A stretch of 64,000 bases of DNA from a virus. Positions 10,603 through 19,631 of this stretch are shown here, in pieces (position 1 is the stretch's first letter; each line of letters opens with the position of its first letter). The stretch lies in the IMG/VR virus record IMGVR_UViG_3300032753_002463, positions 32,933 through 96,932 of that record; one strand, written 5' to 3'. Below the pieces are notes generated by a model. The model saw only the letters and a list, made by a program, of their open reading frames with translations. It was not told the origin of the DNA and ran no database searches. Made by a program: the position numbers and the translations under genes.

Positions 10603-12318
10603 TTAAGAGGATTTTATAGATGCCTTATTAATAGCGTTTATTTGCGTGTTATAAGTCACGGGCGTTACGCTAGATATTTCAATGTTAACTGAAGAAAGCT
10701 TCGTTAAATCAGCTCCTACGTCATAATACACGCCGTTACTGTCACTCCAGCCTCCCGAGATTATTATAATTTCATTTTGATCTATAACTATATCACCAAA
10801 AGAATTTAATCCCTGTAAAACGCTCCTCCTTGGATCAGTTTCTGGTAAATTAGCTACGGAAAGTTGATAATTTTCATTCTTCTGCGAAACAAAGAAAATC
10901 ATTACCGAATCAACACCAGGAATAGATTCTACTAATGCAATCAAATCAGACCTTGGTATTATATCCCTTCTTCTAATAGAAAGGAAATATTGGCTATAAG
11001 TGTCTATGATAGTGTTCATTATTGTATCTGGATCATATCCTTCAAAAATAGTAATAATAGTATTTATTACATATAATGAGGTAATAGGATCTACTATCTG
11101 TACTTCGGTACCTACAATCTTTTGACCACTCATTTCTATTACATTTAATATCGAGCTTTTTTGATAATCAGTGAGTGTAAAATCACTCACCTGAAGATTA
11201 AAGTAATTCTCGTTAGTAGTTAGTAATTGAGTAACATCTGGTACGAGTAAAACATAAATAATACTTTGATCGTCAATATAAACACTATTAACATTATTAT
11301 ATGCTTCTATAATAGAGAATGTCCCATATTTTTCAAAAAAAATAATATAGCTATCTGGATTTGCTAAAACATAGGATCTTGATGTTTTAGGAGCTAGTAT
11401 TCTTGTTAAAGCAACATTTTCCTGATTTGATCCTAATTGCGGTGGGATAACACAAGAAACATTTAGATAATCTTTTAATGTAATAGAATTACCAAATATA
11501 TCTATTCCCGTGTCATTAAACTCGAAATTAATCTTTGTCGGATCTGCGTTAATATTACCAGCTAATCCCAGAGTTTCTAAATATTGCACGGTAATTGTAG
11601 CCCCGTTTATTGGCATAGTTCCATTATTTCCATTTCCAAAAATAATATCTATTCCTTGGTTAATAGAGGTCCTCACTAGGACCCCATTATAATTATATGG
11701 TATATCATATAACGAATCATAAGTTTGATAAAGAACATCATTAACATAAACATAAACTTCTGAATTTTCAATGGATCCTGTATATCTTTCTGCTACATTA
11801 TATGTTTGTAAAGGCAAGCCAGTACCAGTAAATCCTGCTGTCTTTACAATGCCCTGTATTATCTGGGCATTATAGCTAGAACTGCCGCTTAAATTAAATC
11901 TTATAGTATCCTGTGTTAACATTAGTACATATTGAGATCCACTATCTGTAAATTGTATAACTGCCTTATTTGGAATTAATATTGCATTTCCCCCAACATC
12001 AGTAGTATCTGCATTATTCCAGGTTATTTGCACTTCTCCCATTGCAGAACCAGCTCTTGTTGCAAAATGTCCTACACTAGCTGCTATTCCATAAATGGAG
12101 GATTCCCTTGTAGCAGTATTAATATTTAATTCAGTAATAGAGTCCTCTATAAAAAAAAGAATAAATTGAACCAAATTTTGTAACACAAAGATAATTTGTC
12201 CCCAAACAGAAGCAACAGTAAACATTTGGCTACTTTGAGAATATCGATCCTGTACTATTTGCATTGTCTGAGCAAGCAGAGATTCTATTTTAGCCTGACT
12301 TTTATTAAATAAATCCAT
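10603..12318 (-). CDS. Baseplate wedge protein (T4 gp6/baseplate J-like)
   Basis: E..INTATRESSI..IA..VG, IIFGNGNNGTMP, Y..T.G..GN, RSDLIALVESIPGVDSV motifs. Confidence 0.8.
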   Translation of the reverse strand: MDLFNKSQAKIESLLAQTMQIVQDRYSQSSQMFTVASVWGQIIFVLQNLVQFILFFIEDSITELNINTATRESSIYGIAASVGHFATRAGSAMGEVQITWNNADTTDVGGNAILIPNKAVIQFTDSGSQYVLMLTQDTIRFNLSGSSSYNAQIIQGIVKTAGFTGTGLPLQTYNVAERYTGSIENSEVYVYVNDVLYQTYDSLYDIPYNYNGVLVRTSINQGIDIIFGNGNNGTMPINGATITVQYLETLGLAGNINADPTKINFEFNDTGIDIFGNSITLKDYLNVSCVIPPQLGSNQENVALTRILAPKTSRSYVLANPDSYIIFFEKYGTFSIIEAYNNVNSVYIDDQSIIYVLLVPDVTQLLTTNENYFNLQVSDFTLTDYQKSSILNVIEMSGQKIVGTEVQIVDPITSLYVINTIITIFEGYDPDTIMNTIIDTYSQYFLSIRRRDIIPRSDLIALVESIPGVDSVMIFFVSQKNENYQLSVANLPETDPRRSVLQGLNSFGDIVIDQNEIIIISGGWSDSNGVYYDVGADLTKLSSVNIEISSVTPVTYNTQINAINKASIKSS

Positions 12319-12320
12319 TT

Positions 12321-12698
12321 TTATAACACTTTTATTCCCAAAACAGGGTTATTTCCTATAGCAAATTCTATTACACATGTATCCCTAGCAACACCTTGGT
12401 AAAATCCTATTTTAAAGTTCACATCTAATAAATCTCGGGATGGAGGACAATATGTATATAATTGTAGAGCAATTGCTTGTTGTAATTCGGCCTGGGACAC
12501 ATCAAAATCAAATAACAAAGATTCTAGATTAACCCCAAAATTTGGATCCCCTAATACTTCTCCTGGACTAGTAAGCATTATCTGCTTTATCATACCAATC
12601 GTAATTTCTAATATATCACTGGTTTCCATTTTCCCTGTAATGTAATAGGGGTCATCAGGAGTTCTAGGATATATTTCTGCAAATCTAGACATATACAT
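12321..12698 (-). CDS. Baseplate gp25/GPW-like sheath initiator
   Basis: IMLTSPGEVLGDPNFGVNLESLLFD signature; real start probably the second ATG at 12692. Confidence 0.85.
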   Translation of the reverse strand: MYMSRFAEIYPRTPDDPYYITGKMETSDILEITIGMIKQIMLTSPGEVLGDPNFGVNLESLLFDFDVSQAELQQAIALQLYTYCPPSRDLLDVNFKIGFYQGVARDTCVIEFAIGNNPVLGIKVL

Positions 12699-12756
12699 TA
12701 TATATTCAATCCTTTTAGAACCCTTAGTTTTGTGTTGCTATTGAGGTATATAGAAT

Positions 12757-13130
12757 ATGGAAAAATATGGTTATAAAAATATTGCTCATAGGAATGAGTT
12801 TGAAAAGAACACAGAAAAATTAGGAAAACATCAATTTTCTTATAATTCAGGTAAATATATAACTCACTATGATTTTGTTAATTGGGGCGACCAACAAAAA
12901 AGTGGTATTCCTGGACAATCTAACTATACTATTAAAACATTAGATGCTTTATTAAATGCTAGTGCAATAGTTTCCGGCACAGATATTAAGAAAAAATAAA
13001 TATCTTCATAGTCGAATTCTTTTGACAAAACTATGCTAAAAATATTACAAGTGTAATAAGGCAGGCAATGATTCATTAGTAGAGCAAAACAAATCAATAA
13101 TCTTTACTTTTTATGAAGGTGTTATATGCA
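12757..13130 (+). pseudogene. Possible decayed homing endonuclease remnant (80-aa ORF 12757-12999 plus broken downstream frames)
   Basis: EKYGYKN start resembles KYGxxN repeats; downstream frames give INIFIVEFF* and KYYKCNKAG, reminiscent of Hef-like/PD-(D/E)xK phage endonucleases; sole + strand element in a - strand operon. Confidence 0.35.
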
Positions 13131-13163
13131 ATGTAAGTTCCCCACATAGTTAAGATTCTTTAT

Positions 13164-13934
13164 TTAGTTCCACTGTACTATATAGTAAGGAGTATTTTCA
13201 TCATTAATCATTTTCATTACCTCGTCTAATTCTGCTTGGCCAACAGTTGTAATAGCCGCAGTGTTAATAGTAATTCCACCAGGTAATGTATAGCCAAAAG
13301 TTCCTAACAATCTACCGATGTTTATTTTTGCTTTTGCAAGTACATACCTCACGAATAATTCATCAGAATAAAGATTTTCATCAGGAATAGCAATACCCGC
13401 TTTAATAACGACATCACAATTATCCCCCGTTAAACCATTAATATTTGCAGACCCGGGGTCTCTACCTAATATTGTAAGTAATTTGGTATTTTTATTATAT
13501 CCATAGGCATATGTTTCTAATAAATATGCTTTCGCTAAATCAAAAAATGAGTATAAAACAGTTCTGTAAACCAAATTATCACCAACAAATGGGCTTAACA
13601 TTAATTCAGATCCTAATAATTTAGAATCTCCAAAGTCCTTATCAGGAGTACCAGTCAACCCAGATCCATCTACTTGTCTTACTTCATAAACACCAATAAC
13701 ACAATCTGGTAATTGTACAGAACGAGTTGCAAGGAATTGAGGATGTCCAAATAATTCATTTTTTAAAACTAAAAATCTATCTTCTACTGCGTATTGATAA
13801 TTATCCAAAAACCAAGCCCTTGCCCTTTTGATTATACGCTTGATCTCCTGGTCATTTAAGGAGTAAGGAAGCGCGCAACTGTGGCTGATATCGTCCTTAA
13901 CTTCCTGAATCAAATTATCGAGTGTTGTTATCAT
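13164..13934 (-). CDS. Neck/head-completion protein (T4 gp13-like)
   Basis: C-terminal YVLAKAKINIGRLLGTFGYTLPGGITIN...GQAELDEV matches the gp13 LPGG motif. Confidence 0.8.
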   Translation of the reverse strand: MITTLDNLIQEVKDDISHSCALPYSLNDQEIKRIIKRARAWFLDNYQYAVEDRFLVLKNELFGHPQFLATRSVQLPDCVIGVYEVRQVDGSGLTGTPDKDFGDSKLLGSELMLSPFVGDNLVYRTVLYSFFDLAKAYLLETYAYGYNKNTKLLTILGRDPGSANINGLTGDNCDVVIKAGIAIPDENLYSDELFVRYVLAKAKINIGRLLGTFGYTLPGGITINTAAITTVGQAELDEVMKMINDENTPYYIVQWN

Positions 13935-14593
13935 ATTATAGTATTTTTATTTTTCATTGATATGGAAATTTTTTCTTTAGTGGATTCACTTAATTTTTTA
14001 CCTTTCCCATTTCCTTTTTGTGCTAATGACATATTTTTACGTGCTTCTAAAGTTCTCTTTTTACCTAGATGTGATAAACCGATTTTATTTTTATGCTCTG
14101 CTGTTAATTTTAAACCGGTCCTATCTAAACATTTTTGCTTGCAAATCTCTTTATTTAAACTAGATATAGTATTTCCTTTATTACCTACGGAGATCTTGGT
14201 TTTATGCTCATCTGATAATCTTCTACCTAAATTTTTACCTTTTGATGCAATAGACATCCTTAATTTACTTTCTTCTGAATGCCGATGTGATCCATATGGA
14301 TTAGTAGGCCTAATATTATATCCATATGGATCTTTATGCGCATATAATAGATTAGCCCAATAATGTTCTTCACTATTTAGATATAATTCTTCACATTCTA
14401 TTAATAATTCATGAATGAAATTATCCTCTCCATACTTATTCCATGAATTTTGCAATTTTATGTTTCTATGCTTACCTTTTCTTAAACTTATTAGATGTGT
14501 TTTCCATCTATAATGGATATCAATAGCTTGGCCTAAATAAATTTTACCGTTTATTTTATTAGTTATTGTATAAATTCCACAAATCTTTTCCAT
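13931..14593 (-). mobile_element. Free-standing GIY-YIG homing endonuclease with NUMOD3 repeats
   Basis: GIYTITNKINGKIYLGQA, GYN, repeated HSEESK.RMS / SDEHK.KIS / SESTKEKIS. Confidence 0.92.
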
Positions 14594-14597
14594 ATAT

Positions 14598-15164
14598 TTA
14601 AAAATCTAATAATTTTATATTTCCTTCTCTATCTATGCCAAAATTACCATTATGAAGATCCAAATTATTTTGTAATGGATAATCCCCTAATTTTAATCTA
14701 ATAAGATCCAAGAAATTTGTCCATCTTTGACAAATTTCTTCAGGTATAGATCTTAATATTTTTTGTAAAACAGGAATATCATATATTTCAGAAATTATCC
14801 ATCTTGGTAAAAGCATGGGGGAAGGCAATAACTTTGCACCCACAGCAGCATATTTATCCTCAGCTAACTTTAAGTGAATCAACTTAGAAATTATTTCTAT
14901 ATCTTTTTTTGCAGCTTCCGTATCCAATTTTTCTATTGCTGCCCTTTTTTTACTTAATCTTTTTACAGCAGGGAAAATTTCTGGAAATTCCTTCATGGTG
15001 TTAATATGGTGATCAAAATCTAAAATTGAATATTCGCTTTCGCCCCTTTCTACGGGTTTAGGCATTTTTAGTATCCAATCATTATCTATATCATAGACGT
15101 TGTGATATGCTCCAACATCACCTAATTTATCCATATAATCTTCAAATAGTGAAAGGTGCTTCAT
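14598..15164 (-). CDS. Minimal protein-kinase-like (ELK/APH fold) protein
   Basis: G-loop GAYHNVY, ILK lysine, DLHNGN catalytic loop, terminal LLDF. Confidence 0.7.
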   Translation of the reverse strand: MKHLSLFEDYMDKLGDVGAYHNVYDIDNDWILKMPKPVERGESEYSILDFDHHINTMKEFPEIFPAVKRLSKKRAAIEKLDTEAAKKDIEIISKLIHLKLAEDKYAAVGAKLLPSPMLLPRWIISEIYDIPVLQKILRSIPEEICQRWTNFLDLIRLKLGDYPLQNNLDLHNGNFGIDREGNIKLLDF

Positions 15165-16631
15165 TTATCTAAATGTATTATTTGTGTTTGAATTTCTATT
15201 TGGATATAATTTATTAGCATTAAATTCTGCATCCTTGTCATTTAAGTTTATAAATTCATCATCAGATTTGGCATCAGAGTAATTTCTGTCCATGAATTCA
15301 TTTCTACCAGCCATTTTATCTTTTTTACCTTTAGCATCAAGGAGCTCTGGAATAATTTCTGTTGTATCGGATATTTCTGCTCCTTTTCCAATATATCCAG
15401 ATCTAATAATTCCCCCGATAATTTTGCAATTAACATCTTTATCTCGTGCATCTATATAACAATGGCTGAATTCACTTCCTTGATTTAGATCACAATTAGT
15501 AACTTTTGAGTTCATTACATCATTATTGGCAACAAAGGAAGAATCCTCTATTTGACAGCCATCTAATTTACATCCAAATAAACGACAATGAGAGATATTA
15601 CCACTAATTGTGCAATCAATGAGATCTAGCTCTCGTAGAAGATTAGCTTTATTAGTTTTTCCATCTTTTAATTGGTATTTAGATATTTGGGTGTCATAGT
15701 TTAAATAACCGGAAGAAATACCATTATCCACAATAATATGATATAGAATATCCCTTAATGAATTGAAATAACTTTTGATTATTTGGGGATCATTTCTTAA
15801 ATCTATAAAAACCTTCAAATCCGGATAATTTCTAATAAATGCTTCCGAATCCAAAAATGTTTCCGATGATTTGTATATTTCGTCAATAATTTCTTTTAGC
15901 TCATCAATCTCATCTTGGGAAAAGGAATCATTATTTTTTAGAACTTCAAAAGTAGTTCCAATAATATAATCCATGATTTCCTTAATTTCTACATATTTCT
16001 TTTGGTAATCCTCTCCCCCCATGTATCTTACTTCCATATACCCTTCTTCTAATTTAAGAAGATTGACCCCCATATTTTTTTCTGTATGTACAGCATACGA
16101 ATTTCTGTCCAGCATAATATCTTTTCCTCCTTTTACGAATTTATTTACTGGAGTAATTCTCTTAATGCTCTTTGCATATAAACAGCCCTTTCTTCTTGGA
16201 AACCTCTTCCAAATAAAATCTTCATCTATACTTAATACAAACTTGAGGGGGTTTAAATTTTTAAACTCGATCATAGGGGGATACTTATCCCTATCGAAGT
16301 CTAGACCAAATTGGAATGCACATTTTTCATCTGTATAACCATATTGATCGATCCATTTCAAAATTCTAATTAAAAGAGGGATAGCTTCAAAATAATTCAT
16401 TGGTCCTGTAACTAATTCCACCATTTTAACCCCGCCTGAAAAATCGCTTTCTAATTTAAAAACATTAGAATTTGGCTTGAATTTGGAATGATAGCGATCA
16501 AAAACCTTAATTGTTTTACCAATATACTTTCCTAATTTTTCAGCGATTTCCCCTTTCGTAAATTTAGAGTAGAATTCGAATTCGAATCCCACTCTTGCCG
16601 AATAGAAAAAACTTTTATCTAAAATAACCAT
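15165..16631 (-). CDS. Putative amidoligase (COOH-NH2 ligase fold) with C-terminal beta-helix
   Basis: VGFEFEF, ESD.SGG..ELVTGP, EVRYMGG motifs; C-terminal short Cys/Ile/Ser repeats. Confidence 0.75.
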   Translation of the reverse strand: MVILDKSFFYSARVGFEFEFYSKFTKGEIAEKLGKYIGKTIKVFDRYHSKFKPNSNVFKLESDFSGGVKMVELVTGPMNYFEAIPLLIRILKWIDQYGYTDEKCAFQFGLDFDRDKYPPMIEFKNLNPLKFVLSIDEDFIWKRFPRRKGCLYAKSIKRITPVNKFVKGGKDIMLDRNSYAVHTEKNMGVNLLKLEEGYMEVRYMGGEDYQKKYVEIKEIMDYIIGTTFEVLKNNDSFSQDEIDELKEIIDEIYKSSETFLDSEAFIRNYPDLKVFIDLRNDPQIIKSYFNSLRDILYHIIVDNGISSGYLNYDTQISKYQLKDGKTNKANLLRELDLIDCTISGNISHCRLFGCKLDGCQIEDSSFVANNDVMNSKVTNCDLNQGSEFSHCYIDARDKDVNCKIIGGIIRSGYIGKGAEISDTTEIIPELLDAKGKKDKMAGRNEFMDRNYSDAKSDDEFINLNDKDAEFNANKLYPNRNSNTNNTFR

Positions 16632-16667
16632 AGTTTATAAGAGGGCCATATACTATATAGCATTTCA

Positions 16668-16675
16668 TATATATC
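16668..16675 (-). promoter_or_regulatory. GATATATA late-promoter-like motif
   Basis: Exact motif upstream of the amidoligase-kinase-HEG-neck operon, just after a terminator. Confidence 0.65.
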
Positions 16676-16691
16676 TTTATTTGTACACAGC

Positions 16692-16716
16692 AAAAGAGAC
16701 CTAAAAATAGGCCTCT
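16692..16716 (-). terminator. Intrinsic terminator
   Basis: gaggcct-atttt-aggtctc hairpin followed by TTTTG on the - strand, downstream of 16739-17152. Confidence 0.55.
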
Positions 16717-16738
16717 CTTTATATACAAACCTTTAATC

Positions 16739-17152
16739 TCATATAAGTTCATCATGAGGAAAGGCATCTGCTTCCCTGCGGATTGCATCAAAGGTAAAAA
16801 ACTTAGTAATCTTAACTTCCTTAGTATTAGGATTTATATGTCCTGCAGATCTTGGTCTAAAAACATAATGTGGAAGACTTTTCAGTAGAATATCGCCAGA
16901 TTGGGTATCAAGGATTTTAATAGTCCCCATTATTTTATTATCTTGGATTCGAACATCCTCTATAATATGACTAACATTATTAAGTGTTATATCCATTGTT
17001 TCTGGAAATCCAAGTTCCCCAAAAACAATATTCTTCTTTGTTTTAAAAGTCTCGACGATCTTATGTGCAGCTTCATCAGTATAAATTCTTCCATTTGTAT
17101 TTAAAACATTTAGAGGAAGTAACACAACATTTTTTAGTATTTTATTTTCCAT
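16739..17152 (-). CDS. Second, degenerate gp21-like prohead protease homologue
   Basis: NTNGRIY, GELGFP, NVSHII, IKILDT..G, RPRSAG and FTFD align with 55467-57587; catalytic His/Ser positions altered. Confidence 0.75.
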   Translation of the reverse strand: MENKILKNVVLLPLNVLNTNGRIYTDEAAHKIVETFKTKKNIVFGELGFPETMDITLNNVSHIIEDVRIQDNKIMGTIKILDTQSGDILLKSLPHYVFRPRSAGHINPNTKEVKITKFFTFDAIRREADAFPHDELI

Positions 17153-17153
17153 T

Positions 17154-18401
17154 CTAATTATGATATTTTTCGCGAAGATGCAGTTTAGAGGATTGAAGTT
17201 CTACATCCATAATATTACATTCTATAGTTTCCCCAATCATGTAATCTTTTACTAACTTTTCTAATTCTTCCTTTTCTATTAATCCAGTAAGTCCATTATC
17301 TAATTTAACAAAAACTCCAAAATTCTTAATCTTTGTTACTGTTCCAATATAAATTGGTTCTTCGAAATGTACACTTATACTTTCACTATTATCCCTCATT
17401 ATACATACATTCTTCATTCTTTGAAGTTCTATGCTTTTTACATCGGGTTCTTTAACGGTAAGGACAATTCTTTGTGGATTTTTTAAATCTATAACATAAA
17501 ATTCTGCTCTATCTCCTGACCTATAAGGTATATTGGTAGAAAAATCTACATACTCTTCAGCTGGTATAAGACCCGTATAATATTCATCCCATTCAACAAA
17601 TACTCCAGCAGAGGAAGTTCCCGTAACAGTACCAGTATATTTTTGTGTTAATGAAAGTTCTCCTACCTTTGTATGAATGATATTTTTTAGGTACTTTTTG
17701 AAGGATACGACAAAAATATCTCTTTTTTCATCATACGTTTCAACCATAACCATTATTGATTTACCAACAAAAGAATTGAAATCAATAATCCTATTAGCAG
17801 CTGCTAAAGATCCAGGAAGAAAACATTTAATGCCAGATAAATTTACCATAAATCCACCAGGACAAAGATCCTCTACCTTAACAAGGAATGCACTGCGTTC
17901 ATCTTTAATTGCTCTTAATAGCTCGCTCTTTAATGAATTCTCATATCCTTGAGATACAGAACCATTATAATTTCCGGACCTATCAGTAAAAACTACAACA
18001 TCTAATACTGAGCCTATTTCCATAGTAATAGGAGGAAATCCTAATCTTGCTATTGCTTTTTCTTCTTTAGCAACATCAATAATAACGGATTGCCCTATTC
18101 TTGTTTCAGCAATAGCAGTATTATTCTTAATACTCCTAATTACAACCCTTAGAACCTCCTTATCTTTAAGCTCTTTGCTTCTTAGGGGGTTCTCAGAATC
18201 AAAATTTTTCTCATAATAATCCTCGTATAGATTATTTAATGTGTCAAATTCGTCTGGTTTGTACTGAGTAGAAGTATAAGCTCTACTACTTTTTCCTCTA
18301 GGACCCTTGTCATAGAAATTTTCTTCAAAATAGTCCGTGTATTTTTCATTTAACAATTCACGTACTTCTGGTTCGTAACCAGTAACTTCTTTTGTGTTCA
18401 T
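17154..18401 (-). CDS. Ribosomal protein bS1-like protein (multiple S1 domains)
   Basis: GGFMVNLSGIKCFLPGS (D2-like), YTGTVTG...GVFVE..TGLI and GTVTKIKNFGVFVKLDNGLTGLI...EL S1 repeats. Confidence 0.85.
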   Translation of the reverse strand: MNTKEVTGYEPEVRELLNEKYTDYFEENFYDKGPRGKSSRAYTSTQYKPDEFDTLNNLYEDYYEKNFDSENPLRSKELKDKEVLRVVIRSIKNNTAIAETRIGQSVIIDVAKEEKAIARLGFPPITMEIGSVLDVVVFTDRSGNYNGSVSQGYENSLKSELLRAIKDERSAFLVKVEDLCPGGFMVNLSGIKCFLPGSLAAANRIIDFNSFVGKSIMVMVETYDEKRDIFVVSFKKYLKNIIHTKVGELSLTQKYTGTVTGTSSAGVFVEWDEYYTGLIPAEEYVDFSTNIPYRSGDRAEFYVIDLKNPQRIVLTVKEPDVKSIELQRMKNVCIMRDNSESISVHFEEPIYIGTVTKIKNFGVFVKLDNGLTGLIEKEELEKLVKDYMIGETIECNIMDVELQSSKLHLREKYHN

Positions 18402-18424
18402 GCTTTTTATTTTAGCCTATGTTT

Positions 18425-18453
18425 GTTATAGTGCATAAGCGGTGAGAAATTTC
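18425..18453 (-). promoter_or_regulatory. GAAATTT-N16-TATAAC promoter-like motif (second class)
   Basis: Upstream of the S1-like gene; similar motifs at 30453-30481, 42083-42111 and 48605-48634. Confidence 0.4.
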
Positions 18454-18470
18454 AAATAATTTATAAATAT

Positions 18471-18923
18471 CTAAATACCCAATACTTTACCCAGTGGAGA
18501 TAAGGGACCACTTAATACAGCTTTACCAGTTGAGATGATAGTTGTAGCTCCTGACATCGCTTTTAATACGGGTAATAAAGCTTCTGGCGGATCAATACCT
18601 AGTCCCTGTAAACCAGCTAGGGCTGCTGGTAAATGCGCTTCTATTTGTTGTAATGCTAATGCGGCAGTGATTGGAACTGCCAATAAAGGCAATTGATTAA
18701 TTACATGGTTTATAAGGGTTTTTGTCTGCTGTATTTCATTTGTTGTTGATAGCATCACTGGTGAATTTGGAGGAATAGTATTGATTGATGCATCATTATA
18801 TCCTTGAGATTTTAATCTAGTAGTTACTACCTCTTTTGCCGTAGGGAATGAAATTCCTGACGGATTAGGGGCATTACTAATAAAACTAGAAATAGCTGAT
18901 TGTAATTCTTGACTTGCTGCCAT
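18471..18923 (-). CDS. Hypothetical hydrophobic protein downstream of the spike gene
   Basis: 150-aa Ala/Leu/Pro-rich ORF. Confidence 0.5.
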   Translation of the reverse strand: MAASQELQSAISSFISNAPNPSGISFPTAKEVVTTRLKSQGYNDASINTIPPNSPVMLSTTNEIQQTKTLINHVINQLPLLAVPITAALALQQIEAHLPAALAGLQGLGIDPPEALLPVLKAMSGATTIISTGKAVLSGPLSPLGKVLGI

Positions 18924-18933
18924 CTTTAATTGT

Positions 18934-19626
18934 TTAAGGATTCAAAGTATCACCAACATGTATCATACCAGTATAAGGATCTGTAGGTAAACAATTCCAT
19001 CCACCTTGAGCATTTGGTGTAACACTGCTACCGGTTGCTTTTATTTGTCCGGCCTCATTTATTGTAATAGAAGCTTGTGGATTAACTATATCAATTTCCC
19101 CAGTGGATTTCATGTTAATAGAAGATTTAGGGTTAACTAAATTAATTTCTCCCTTTGACGTAATATTTATTTTATCGTCATTAGTTATATTAATTGTAGA
19201 GCCTTTTGTTTCCAGCATTAGCCCTTTTTTTTGTGAATAAAAAATTTTAACAATTTCTATTCCATCATAAATTAGACTATGAAATCCTTCATATGAATCA
19301 TTAAGTTCCGCTTTTAAGCTTTGTCCGATTTCTTGTAGTCCCTTATATTCGGGGGAATAATAGTCTCCATTATTAAATACTACTCCTACAACTGAACCCA
19401 ATTGAGGTGTACTAAATCTACCACCCCCGCCATTATCCCCAAAAGAGGTATCTAGTGTTTGATATGCCCACGGGAGATCATCAACGGATAGATCGTCAAA
19501 TAAGCCAAAAACATTAATCTTACAACGGCCTTTCCTTTTTGGATCATCAATATCCATCACAACACCCAAAAAATGTTGGACATCCTCAATATCAATACCA
19601 ATCTCTTTACTTTTACTAGTTACCAT
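18934..19626 (-). CDS. Baseplate central spike (gp5/gpV-like OB fold plus beta-helix, no lysozyme domain)
   Basis: GVVMDIDDPKRKGRCKINVFG..LPWA, P.LGS.V.V.F.NGD...P; short beta-strand repeats; C-terminal C..DPYTG..H. Confidence 0.85.
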   Translation of the reverse strand: MVTSKSKEIGIDIEDVQHFLGVVMDIDDPKRKGRCKINVFGLFDDLSVDDLPWAYQTLDTSFGDNGGGGRFSTPQLGSVVGVVFNNGDYYSPEYKGLQEIGQSLKAELNDSYEGFHSLIYDGIEIVKIFYSQKKGLMLETKGSTINITNDDKINITSKGEINLVNPKSSINMKSTGEIDIVNPQASITINEAGQIKATGSSVTPNAQGGWNCLPTDPYTGMIHVGDTLNP

Positions 19627-19631
19627 ATTAA

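Noticed and set aside
13931-14593. Group I introns around the GIY-YIG ORFs (also 40600-41400)
   Set aside because: Flanking genes appear separate and abut or overlap the HEGs, leaving no room for a ribozyme core
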